A stretch of 63,771 nucleotides of DNA, counting the filler, from Licmophora abbreviata (taxonomy: Eukaryota), in the NCBI GenBank assembly GCA_900291995.1. It is 13 parts of 13 records of this genome, joined end to end, with 100 filler letters (N's around TTAATTAATTAA, not from the genome) between each part and the next. Parts side by side here need not be neighbours in the genome. Positions count along the whole stretch, not along the records: positions 25,226 to 28,779 come from OLMU01001981.1; positions 28,880 to 30,830 come from OLMU01001983.1; positions 30,931 to 38,972 come from OLMU01001984.1; 10 more parts are not named here. One strand, written 5' to 3'. Below are positions 26,530 to 37,192 of this stretch, piece by piece. A program made the position numbers and the translations under genes. Each line of letters opens with the position of its first letter. Positions within the stretch are counted from its first letter, which is position 1. The notes below the pieces were generated by a model that saw only the letters and a list, made by a program, of their open reading frames with translations, ran no database searches and was not told where the DNA came from.

Positions 26530-27230
26530 TTATGTGTCGACAACATTGTATTTCGCAAACAAGTTCTCCTCATGCGCCATCGCTTTGAATTCGAGATTGT
26601 TCCCAGATGGATCCTTGAAGAACATGGTCCACTGCTCTCCTGGCTGTCCTTGAAACCGCAAGTGCGGTTCAATGATAAACTTGATCCCTGCATCCCTGAC
26701 GCGCTCTGCCAATGCATGAAACTGTTCGACGGTCAGCGCCAGACCTGCATGAGGGACAGGCACGTCGTCTCCATCGACGGGATTGTAGTAATCTTGACAG
26801 CGATAGTCGCTTCCGACCCAGTGACACACAATCTGGTGACCGTTCAAGCTATAATCTTGCCATTTGGTCGAGCTTCGTCCTTCGGCACAGCCCAAGATGC
26901 CTCCATAAAAACTCTTTGCGGCCTGCAAGTCATGAACAGGAAATGCATAGTGGAATGCTGTCAAAGTAGAATGAGGTACCATGTGAGTTCAATAAAATAG
27001 GAAGGCAAGTGCCCTTTCTTCACAACAGGTCACTTACGAGATCCAGGAGCGGGATCGGCCAGAGTGGTGTACGCGGTGCTCGAGTCGGTGGTAGATAAGG
27101 AACGGCGGGAAGCATCGCTGGCGTCACCACTGCCTCCGCGAAGGATGAGACTGGCTGTTGCTGTACTCGTAGGAGCCCGTCTCGCCGTCACCGTCGCCAG
27201 AGATGCAAGTGTAGTCAGAGAGCGTAGCAT
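26530..27230 (-). CDS. VOC / glyoxalase-bleomycin resistance family protein with predicted mitochondrial presequence; intron 26958-27037
   Basis: PFHYAFPVHDL, GCAEGRSS, GHQIVCH, VDGDDVPVPHAG and GEQWTMFFKDPSGNNLEFK. Exon 1 MLRSLTTLASLATVTARR is Ser/Thr/Arg-rich. Confidence 0.88.
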
Positions 27231-27506
27231 GCTGAGGAGGAGAACCTTAGATTCCGACGAAAAATACCATGGAGGTCGTCGTCGTCGCGCCGCGGCGTTT
27301 CCAACCGCCGATTGACATGTCACAGTGACATTTCGATGCGACAAAAATAGAGATGAGTCGAGTCACACGCACTCTTTTTTTTCTCGGAAATTTGTGGCGA
27401 GAAAGAAAACACGCATGCATCATGAACCATGGGGAAACCGAAGTGAGAACGTGAATCTCATTCATTCTAGACTTCGGGCGCTCGCTAGTAGGCGCAAGAC
27501 GTAACA

Positions 27507-28193
27507 ATGAGACGCAGACGTTGTGTTGCTGTTTTCGTAGCTCTATTTGCCTTCATAGAATGCCGCTCCGCCGAAGGTTTTGGGACAACTACGACCTCCG
27601 TTATCGTTCGCCCCTCATCATCGGCACTGTACATGGGCCAAAGAGGAAAACGCGTACGGCGGGAGAAAAGAAGAGCTCTACAGGATCCAACACCACCCAG
27701 AATTCAGACCCCGTATGGACCGATCCGTATGCCCAAGCCGCCGAGAACATGCGACTGTTGTCGTGGACGAGGCATGGTACGGTGCAACGTTTGCGAGGGA
27801 CGAGGCGTGACTCGCAAAACGGGCCTCCGTAAGAACAATCCCGTACAACTCGACCGTGTTGTGGGTTCTCGTTGGACGTCGGTCGAAGTTCGGTGCGGCC
27901 ACCGCCAGTATCGTGTGGCGCAAGTGCAAGGGACCAAGCGAAAGGACAATGTCGAATTGCGCATGAGCAACTGCTGCGGCGATCCTGTCGACTTCTGGAT
28001 ATCTCTGGCAGAACTGAGAAACAAGAGCGTTTGGAGGACGGGATGGACGACTCTAGAGGAAATCAGGCAAGCGGATGGAGGTGCTTTGCGAGATGTGAGA
28101 TTGTGCTTTCGGTGCAAGGGAGAGCGGGTACTGAAATGTGTGGACTGCGATGGCATCGGAATGATCGAAAGTTTTGAGCCATTGTATGATTGA
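27507..28193 (+). CDS. Predicted plastid-targeted DnaJ-type zinc-finger protein with a TIGR02450/DUF2389-like Trp-rich domain
   Basis: Signal peptide ending SAEG-F. CDCCRGRG, CNVCEGRG, CFRCKGER and CVDCDGIG flank GSRWTS...FWISLAELRNKSVWRTGW. Confidence 0.75.
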   Translation: MRRRRCVAVFVALFAFIECRSAEGFGTTTTSVIVRPSSSALYMGQRGKRVRREKRRALQDPTPPRIQTPYGPIRMPKPPRTCDCCRGRGMVRCNVCEGRGVTRKTGLRKNNPVQLDRVVGSRWTSVEVRCGHRQYRVAQVQGTKRKDNVELRMSNCCGDPVDFWISLAELRNKSVWRTGWTTLEEIRQADGGALRDVRLCFRCKGERVLKCVDCDGIGMIESFEPLYD

Positions 28194-28704
28194 CTTTAAT
28201 CGATCTGGAGTATGGCATAGGGAACAGAGCCAGGCCATTGCGACCAATTACTCCTTCAGATGGTCAGGTGTTCACCAGAGAAAGGCTTTGAAAAGGAAAC
28301 CGCTTGTACAAACCTTTCAACGGACACCTGTTACAATGCATGCTCCTTATTGCTTTTCAAGAGTTTTGAACATCATGGAGAGACGAGAAAAAAGCGTTAG
28401 TCAAGTTGTTGTCACTCACGTAAAGGGCAACCAGATTAGACAACATGGCGCCCTTGAAAAAAGTGACGCTTAATCTCGCAAATGGCTAGTTTGTGCTCTG
28501 ATGACATGCAGTCTTTCGGCCGTCTTTCATCAGATGGGATGCACTGCCTGCTTTTGTAAATAGCGGTGTGACGCAAGCACTCACCTGAGGGACAGTAAAG
28601 CAATGATACGACGCGAGACTGAATCAAGACCTCAAGTGTCATTCCTCGTTGTGTAAGTGCGTGACCAAAAGGGGCCGCTCCGATGGCAAGGACCCCCCAG
28701 CCAG

Positions 28705-29478
28705 TCAGCTTATTCGGCTGGTCAACGACGTCTTTATTTCAGCCAACCACTTTGTAAATATGCTCTGAATCAATATGAANNNNNNNNNNNNNNNNNNNNN
28801 NNNNNNNNNNNNNNNNNNNNNNNTTAATTAATTAANNNNNNNNNNNNNNNNNNNNNNNNNNNNNNNNNNNNNNNNNNNNAGACACACACATGCATCACCA
28901 ATTTTCGAGATGAAAGAGCAGACTGGCGCGCCCGGATAAGATCCTCCAATTGAAATTACCGGACAGTACCGAGGAGAGAACTTGTGCGGGGAGCACTGAA
29001 GTTCCTCTTGCACGTGGCGCAGGAGTCTCACCGCATCCTGGAGAGCCTGCTCGGGAGTCAACAGTCTCAAACGTGGATCAACATCGGCTTCCACTATATC
29101 TTGACGACTAAGGGGCTGAGACGAACCGTAGAATCGATGCTCGGGCTGCAGGACAAAGGCACGCCACACCTTTGCGAGATGGTGCGTAACAAAAGGGTAG
29201 AATAGGCCAGTCGACGGCTCGATGGCTCCTTCGCCTCCAAGGACCAACAGAATCGGCGACCCAGGACCACCGAACTCTCGATCCCATATATAGTAACGCT
29301 GTGTATACTCCATTCCTTTGTACGTACTCCATGTCTCGTTGTCATGGTCGACGAGCTGGTATGGGTAGAACTGAGCAGGAGCGGGCGTTCCAGCGAGGCA
29401 TAACGTCATCAACAGGAAGCCTTCGATGAAGTGGAGAAAAACAAGGACTCCGCGAATATTTTGTGACAGACCCATCAT
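28705..29478 (-). CDS. Peptidase S28 (prolylcarboxypeptidase/DPP2-like); middle lost in spacer 3
   Basis: QRYY, GGEG, EHRFYGSS, LTPEQALQD and catalytic GGSYPG at 28880-29478. A plausible C-terminus IQSIFTKWLAEIK...stop lies left of the gap (28705-28779, lower confidence). Confidence 0.85.
28780..28879. other. Artificial scaffold spacer
   Basis: Same linker. Confidence 0.98.
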
Positions 29479-29740
29479 GGTGCTGTGGCTATGAACACCA
29501 CAAAGACCAAATCAGGACGACGCGAAGGATACAACAATAGGACAGGATCATTGACGACGGCGACGACGCCATGATCGCTGATGATGATGCTTGACGTGTT
29601 GTCGCTGAGTGTCGCAGTGCGCTTGGATGTTGGATTTTGACAAATTTTAAAATTTCTGCTATTTGTGGAATTGGTAAAAAAGGGAGAAATACCTAATAAT
29701 GATGTAAACATCACTCTTCACCACCTTCGAGACGCTCACG

Positions 29741-30574
29741 ATGATGGCGATGGCGTCGTCGCGCCGTTTACGCCACCGAAGCATCTTCAGCCCTTCACAT
29801 TGTCTTCTCATGATTCTTATCTCGTTCCTAGCCTCTGGCACTCAGTTTTCCATGGCGTTCCGCCGGAGTGCTCTGTCTGCGGCCGTTCTGAGTCCTCGCG
29901 GAGGCCGTGCACCGTCGTCATCATATCGCCCTTCGCGGGCATTGGCGTTTATGAGTCCTCGCGAAAGCTATTCGTCGCGATCCGACAGCGTTACGAACAA
30001 CGACACTGATTGTGAGAAAAGTGAGATCCAGCCGCGCAAGTATGGTTATGCTGAGACACCGTTCACATGGGAGCAGCTAGTCCAAATTATTGAAAAAGAG
30101 CAGAATCTTGCCAAGCTTTCGCGGAGTGTTCCGCAACAAAGAGAGTACGAGGACTATCGTCGGAAGCTCCTGTGCCAGTGGAAGTCAGTGTATGATCATG
30201 TCTTGTTTTCAAAGTTTGGATTCGACAAGCGCCTCGGGGAGAATCCAGCGTCTGATGAGGACGGACGAAATACGACACTTTGGGAAGCCTATCCGCCACT
30301 GGACGAAGTTTCTGAGGTGCGAAAGATACTGAGACCCAACAACTTTCCATACTACATGCCAAGTCATATCGAACATTGGTGTCTCTGGAAGCTGTGCGAG
30401 GATGTGACCGAGGGTGAAATCGAGGAGGCGAAAGAAGACTTGCGCACAATGCACGGCGACGTGTTGGACTTTTTACATTGGAGGAATCCGCCTCATCTCA
30501 AGAGTTTGCCTGATATTGACCACATACACATCTTATGTCTCAGAGAAGGGGACCATGGTGGTTCAGAAAGATGA
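29741..30574 (+). CDS. DUF3605 / GIG1-like protein, copy 1, with bipartite (signal + F) leader
   Basis: NNFPYY, IEHWCLW and WRNPPHLKSLPDIDHIH motifs. Hydrophobic CLLMILISFLASG followed by SMA-F and a Ser/Arg-rich transit-like stretch. Confidence 0.82.
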   Translation: MMAMASSRRLRHRSIFSPSHCLLMILISFLASGTQFSMAFRRSALSAAVLSPRGGRAPSSSYRPSRALAFMSPRESYSSRSDSVTNNDTDCEKSEIQPRKYGYAETPFTWEQLVQIIEKEQNLAKLSRSVPQQREYEDYRRKLLCQWKSVYDHVLFSKFGFDKRLGENPASDEDGRNTTLWEAYPPLDEVSEVRKILRPNNFPYYMPSHIEHWCLWKLCEDVTEGEIEEAKEDLRTMHGDVLDFLHWRNPPHLKSLPDIDHIHILCLREGDHGGSER

Positions 30575-30830
30575 TGCTCCAATGACGCTCCTGATGAGAT
30601 AGACGTCAGCGAGTTGATGACGAATGATGAACCATCATGATACCCACACCAGGTTGTCCTTTCGGTCAGTGCTGGACATGAATTTACTGTTTCATCTGGC
30701 ATGAGTGGTGTGTCGGTACATTGAGGCTAATCTACATTAGATTTCACCGCTTGAAATCGAGATCGCGTATATCCCTCGATGGCACCGGGCGCTCGGAGTC
30801 TCCTGGTTAGCCCCGAAATATTGCTAGTGT

Positions 30831-30930
30831 NNNNNNNNNNNNNNNNNNNNNNNNNNNNNNNNNNNNNNNNNNNNTTAATTAATTAANNNNNNNNNNNNNN
30901 NNNNNNNNNNNNNNNNNNNNNNNNNNNNNN
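30831..30930. other. Artificial scaffold spacer
   Basis: Same linker. Confidence 0.98.
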
Positions 30931-31376
30931 ACTCGACGAATGTGCCTCAGCCGGGAGATATCTATACGAATAGTTTTAAGCATTTAGAAGACTTGAGAAT
31001 GGACAGACTACCATTCCCCACATCCGAGCTCAGTGTTGTTGTGCTCTGACTTATCATTTCATACCCCTAGTCTATTCTCTTGCTCGAGACGTGCCAGTTC
31101 AGAAAGTACGGAGCATCGCGCGACCACACAGGGGACTGCGGACCGCGCGGCGCCTGCTGCGACTGGCCGGAGAAAGTGATGGCATCATCATAATAGACAC
31201 ATGTCAACCACCATGGAATGATAGCGGTGTGCTCAGTGCTTGCTGAGTTTGTTGATGGATCTTTCTCGATACTTGCCTCTGACTCTCAATGATCGTCTAG
31301 GTTCTGAAGGAGTGCTCTATTTGTGGCAGTTCAGAGTCGAATTACAACTAGTCTTCGAATCGAATCAGTCACCGTC

Positions 31377-32015
31377 ATGAGTCCCCCGTCGTCAGCATCA
31401 CGAGCCGCCAAGAAGACGAACACCATCATCAACCCCGACGACGAGAAGATTGAAATCCAGCCGCGCGAGTATGGCTATGCCAAAGACATGTATACCTGGG
31501 AACAGCTGATACAGATCATTGAGGAGGAAAAGAATCTTGCCAAGCTTTCTCGGAGCGTCCCACAACAACGAGAGTACGAAGTGTTTCGTCGAAGGCTATT
31601 GCGCGAGTGGAGGTCGATCTGTGATCACATCCTGGTATCGAAGTTCGGATTCGAGAAACGTCTCGGAAAGAATCCAGGGTCGGATGAGCAAAATTCTACA
31701 CTTTGGGAAGCTTATCCACCACTGGATCAATTCTCCGAGGTGCGAATGACCCTGAAACCCAACGATTTTCCCTACTATCTGCCAAGCCATATCGAGCACT
31801 GGTGTCTCTGGAAGCTGTGTGAAAATGTGACTGACGATGAGATTGAGCAGGCCAAGAGGGATCTGCGAAGCATGCACGGAGATGTTATGGACTTTTTGCA
31901 CTGGAGGAATCCACCTCATCTCAAGAGCTTGCCGGATATAGACCACGCACACATTTTGTGCCTGCGAAGAGAGGAGGAAACAAGTACCGATAGGCTACAT
32001 GACCACGTGCGGTGA
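31377..32015 (+). CDS. DUF3605 / GIG1-like protein, copy 2, without leader
   Basis: Close paralogue of 29741-30574 (EIQPREYGY, NLAKLSRSVPQQREYE, NDFPYY, WRNPPHLKSLPDIDHAH). First in-frame ATG is 31377. Confidence 0.82.
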   Translation: MSPPSSASRAAKKTNTIINPDDEKIEIQPREYGYAKDMYTWEQLIQIIEEEKNLAKLSRSVPQQREYEVFRRRLLREWRSICDHILVSKFGFEKRLGKNPGSDEQNSTLWEAYPPLDQFSEVRMTLKPNDFPYYLPSHIEHWCLWKLCENVTDDEIEQAKRDLRSMHGDVMDFLHWRNPPHLKSLPDIDHAHILCLRREEETSTDRLHDHVR

Positions 32016-32064
32016 CTTATCTATTGCCTGATACCGGTAGTCCTAAAAAGGAATGAGAGACGCA

Positions 32065-35000
32065 TTAAACATCGACCTGGACAGGCTTGCTACCTCTGCT
32101 CGACCTTTTCGTTCCAGATTTAGGCGCCGTCGACACTTCAGCTTGCTGTTGCCTCAGCAATTCTTCAGCCAGGGAAGGGGGTACGCTCTCTATGAGACCG
32201 CAGCATGATTGACACAGCTGCACGAGAAACAAACTCTCAATTGACATGGCGTTCGCCAGAAGGTCGTCCGACTTTGGATCCAGCTCTCCCACATCCACCA
32301 CCTTTTCCGAAGTAGGCCAAAGAAGCGCCCGGGTCAGCGCTGCGCAGGCCAGTCGCTTCCGACTGATGGATTCGACAGACATGCCCAGTCGTTTCCGAAG
32401 CCAAACCACTAGCCACCCAGACGAAGACGGGTCTTGAGAAGACAGCCGCCACCACGTTCGCAAACAAGCCCTGGCCGCAAACACAGGCTCCACTCGGCCA
32501 CGAATGTGAATTGTCTCGAATTCACCAAACGTGCGAATACTGAGGACATGCGCATCAAGGAGCCACAGGATGTGTCGGTGACCTTCTGTCAGACTGAAGG
32601 CGGACACCTCGGCATGGTTCCTTCGTTTTGCTTTCCGAAAACCAACACTCTCCGACAGAATGAAAGATTCTGCCTCCTCCATCGTTATTCCCGCTCCAAG
32701 GATTAGGATATCACAGCACTTGAGGACGAGACCATCTTTTCCTCCGACCAGATTGGCGCCGGCTGAAACATTGCCGGCAACCGCGCACTGTTGCATCAGA
32801 GTAGATGTGTCTATTGCAAATATAGGTTCTTCAGCCGTTTGACGATCACACAGATAGCAAGCAGCATCGAGGATTGTCTGCGTCGTAATGTTCGTGCTGT
32901 CGCGCCAGTGCTCATTCCGACGCCGTAGCAGAAGGAGAGCCGGAATCAGCAAATCAAAGTCTAACCCACCTAAACCAGCTGATGGCTTCAGTGCTCTACG
33001 AGCCATTCTCTGTTCCCTAAAGTGCTCATAGCCCTCATCGGTTTCGTTCTTCACCACTTCGGCTCCAGGTCGATCCAATGGGTTATCGCCCGCCTCACGA
33101 TCAGTTCCAGCCGATCCCATGGCCAGACTACTCAGATCACAGCCCGAATTGATCAAGCAAGCAGCACAAAGCTCTTTCAGGAAGAGATCAGGAACACTGT
33201 CAGGATCCAGCATGCGCCTAGGTGCACTATTCTCTCGACGAATCTCTGCGTCGAAGAGCCTCAACACCCAGGTTCGAACTTCCGCCTGCCGTAGCATAGG
33301 AAAGGTATTGTCGACGAGAAGAAGCGATAGCTCGAGCCGAGTTTCGCGATCCAACGAGTTCCAGTACCGGTCGTGTGACTCATCGTCATTCAAAGACAGC
33401 AAAAGATCTGCACCATCGTCTGCCGAAGCTACAATCATTGAGACGAGCGACTTGCACAACTCCATGGAAGGAAGAGTCTCCGTGGAACCAGAGTGCCGTC
33501 TTCTCCGTCGTAGTTCGTCTGGAATCGTCGCATTGACAAGCAAGAGTGTGGTGGAGAGATATTCTCTTGCGACACTGAGCTGAATAATGCACCTCATGGG
33601 CCATAAAATATCATGAATAGGCGGACTCTCTTCGGACGGCCATTCGTAACCTTCCCCCATTATCAATTTAACGGATTCCTCCTCGTCCGACACGCAGAAC
33701 GCAACCGCAGCCACAAGCATTAAGCACGCCCGAGCTGGATCATAGTTCTTGTTGCGCCGAAGGAAGTTCTCGAGGGTTGGCGACATAGCGAGTCCACCGC
33801 GAGTCAAGCAGCCGACGGTCATATCCGCCAACTGAGTAAGCACCGCGTCGCTTGGAGCCAGAGCCTTGTTTCCTTTCCACGAGTCACAATCTCGACAAAG
33901 CGGCATAATCCCGTCGAGTAAGCCCTCAAGTGATGTTTGCTCAGTGTCATAGCCGGCTACGTCATCAGTCACTCTTCGTAGGTCCCGTAGGGTATCGGCA
34001 TCGCGAAGAAGGTCAAGCGCAACACTTGCTGCGGTATAATACTCTTCAGACTCAGAAAGCCACGCGAGGACTTGGTTGAAGGGTGTTGCGACTCCATTGG
34101 CCACGGCTATTTGACGCAGAGACAACACCGATTGATCCTTTGAAAGCGCACCGATTCGTGCCGTCATCACGGGGACTATATGACAGTTCAGCGGACGAGG
34201 AAGGGTCGAGGAAGGGTCAGTGAATTTGAAGTGGGCAGCAAAGCTTCTAGGCGCTTGTCGAATCAATGCACTTACCTTGCCCGCCCATATGCACGTTGCT
34301 CCTTTCTTTGACGTCAAGCATCGCCAACTATGGCAGTGCCGCAACAGCCGTGTGCTTTTCTCCTTGTGACTCAAAGACAGGGTTCGAGGTTTACCCCGGA
34401 GCTGCGATGCACCGGTTGACTCAGCTCATCTAATCTAGCGGTACCAGAGATACTATCGAGCGCATCGACTATGATTTGGTCCATGGGTACCTCGTCGTCC
34501 TCAGGAATCGTATCGGTGTCGACGTAACGATTCGAGACTGAGGGGACTTCGTATGCTGATGTAAAAGGCTGCTGAAGATTTGCGGATGACATAAAAATAT
34601 CCATCTCATCAGAATGCTGGCGTTGCATATTGGGGCACGACATGTTGCCCTCATAAGCTGGTTCAATGACCGAAAACAATGGAGCGCGCACTGGTTCACC
34701 AGAAAGCTTCTTTGAATGGATTTCTTTGACAAAAGCGCCTTCCGCGACTCGTGCGCCTTCTAGACAGACGAAGAACGCCTTCGACTGAAAACCAACAACG
34801 GCCCAGCCCTAAAAGACCATATTGAACGCATGGCAGAGTAGATGTGAGTTCGATGTCATCCATAAGCGGAGGTCTCAGCGACGGAGCATACTCACCTGGC
34901 CCAGGTGACAGGACACTGCTCGGAAATCAGTCGAATCGTACTCTCGAGGAATCTGTACGAACTGCCCCCGCACCTGCCTTGTGGTGATTGCCAGCGATTT

Positions 35001-36884
35001 ACCAGAGATCTTTTCTTTTCTTCGACGCCCCTGCAAGGAAGATCCAACAATCTCATTTGACACAAGATCGAACTTGTCAAGTGTCTGGACTACCATAACA
35101 GGAAGATCAACGCTTGTCTCTTTCTTCGCAGCAAACATCATAGCAACGCAAGGAGGGGATGCGAAGACCGACGAAGCGCCAATAGCAGCTATTCTCGTGG
35201 TTGCATCATATCCTTCAGTCTGAAAGATGACCGGCAGAGGATGAAAGCGTTTCACGGAACACATTTGCTGTTTATCGTCCGGGTCCTCGAACCTATCCTG
35301 CGATTTTGCGCCTGAGTTGTCACTTTCCTGAGTCACATAGACTGGTGGAGGACATCCTCGAGGGACGCGAGTCACACCAGACGAATCCACTCTAAGCATG
35401 ACTGCCGAAGGTCGATGCTTCGGGCTCGTAGTCTCGTCTCCTAGTACAAGGACAAAACACATATCGCCCCAGGCGATCGGCGACAGCTGCTTCGGGGCGA
35501 ACGGGAGGTAAACTGTGCGCGCCTCGGAGAAATGTCGAAGCGAGACGAACGTTACAAAACCACCTGATTCCAATTGCTCCACCCACTGTGCTTTGGAGAC
35601 TTGGACGTCCTCGCCTGCTTCTCTAACCCATTCCGGCAGCGGAATGTCCGCTTCCTTAGCGCTCGATGCTTTATCTTCCTCTCCTGATGCCTTTGGCTTG
35701 GCATCTTGCTTTCGTCTAGTTATGCGTGTCATGCGTTTGCGCCGCACCCGAATACCTCGACCCGCGACAGCGACGTAGCCAAAAGCGCTCACGGCCATCT
35801 CGGGAATATTGTCACTGGTTCGATATTTGGCCGTTGATGGTTCAACATTCGAGTCCCAGACAGAGGCATCCCACATTGGAAGTACATCTGACCTGACAGT
35901 CTGTTCATCCCCCACGCTGCTATCCTCCTCTTCGGTATCAGCGTCTTCTTCATATGCAAGGCTCTTTCTACTTATGGATTTGGCCCTGTTCCACTGCGGT
36001 ACCGACAAGACGACTGTCGCAACGGGTTCGCTGAGAGGAATGAGTGACTGCTGAAGCTCGTGGTATAAATTACTGCCGAAGAGAAAAGAAGAAAAACCAG
36101 AGCTCATATCTCCTTCCGCAGTGGATGTGATAGCCCCTAGAATCGAAAGTGGCATATAGACATGCACTTGCCCCCCACTGGTTAGGCAAGCGAGCACCAG
36201 CTCCGCAGGTGCCCGCGCGGATGCGTCTGTAGGTGCGCGGGGCGTGGGAGACCACGTTGACTCATTGTTTCCATCGACGCTCAGCGACATGAGCTGAATC
36301 AAATCCATGGCATCAACCGCGGCTGCCGGATCATCGACGCCCGAAAGGGGCCTCCGACAAAGTGCCAACGAAACCAAACCGGCGGGCGTCGCGTATTCAC
36401 TGTACGCGTCGTCGGCACTGTCTACTGGTTTCGACCATGGCCAGAGACCCTTCTTCTTTTCAGTTTTGGGAAAGTCGTTGCCTTCTTCCTCTGATTGCAT
36501 GATGAGCGCCGAAGACGGCCATCGCAACAATCTATGTTTGACACACTGCACACCATTCCTTGCACTGTGGTTGTGCAGCTCGAGCAACACCGCATCACCA
36601 GCACGCGCCTTTTTCGACCTATTTCTCTGTTTTACGGTATCCATGGCAAACAAGGTCACACTTAGCACCCAAGATGACGAAGGATCGGTACTGATCAAGT
36701 CATTCAATGACAATTCTTTGCGATACTCTTCCAAATCGAGTTCATCGTGTAAGACGTGCGCAGATGCCATGGCCAAAGGCGTCCCGAGAATATCTCGACC
36801 GCCACGGCTTGGATTATTCCATTGAGGCCGTTTCCATTCAAACTGCCATGGACTAGAGCGTTTCATGGGGGGTGAGTTGCTCAT
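32065..36884 (-). CDS. Large (~1,500 aa) protein of unknown function; introns about 34809-34895 and 34177-34275; probable frameshifts near 34375 and 34312
   Basis: Three long same-strand ORFs joined by GT-AG introns (LGQ|GWAVVG). Beta-rich N-half and helical C-half. No motif recognised. Confidence 0.65.
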
Positions 36885-37192
36885 AGTTGCGAGGCGTGGA
36901 AGACTATCAAGCAGACCTGCATCGACGGCGACATGGTTGTCATGGTCAAGATTTCTACCAGATTTTTGGAATTTGGCATCCGATGAAGCCACATCATTCT
37001 CGGGATTCCTGATTCCTACCACGTTGAAGTCGCGCCGGGCGAGCCGAAATAAATCTTGTGGAAGGAGGATTCATCATTCAAGATGGCATGGAGCACGATG
37101 CTCCACAAAGTCTTGCCGTGCTTGTGGAAATTGCCGCATCCAAGAGACAGCCCAATCCATCTTTTGCTCGACGCGATATCAGGTACAACAAC

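Noticed and set aside
28697..28722. Hairpin ccagcc...ggctgg as an ncRNA or terminator; also tRNA/rRNA genes anywhere in the window
   Set aside because: The short stem overlaps the probable S28 stop codon. I saw no tRNA cloverleaf or rRNA-like sequence by eye, though a covariance-model scan was not run.
37058..37192. ORF-track starts at GTG/TTG (e.g. 37058, 37022, 31323, 8787, 4336, 18070, 62707)
   Set aside because: This is eukaryotic DNA, so downstream ATGs or splice acceptors give more plausible boundaries.
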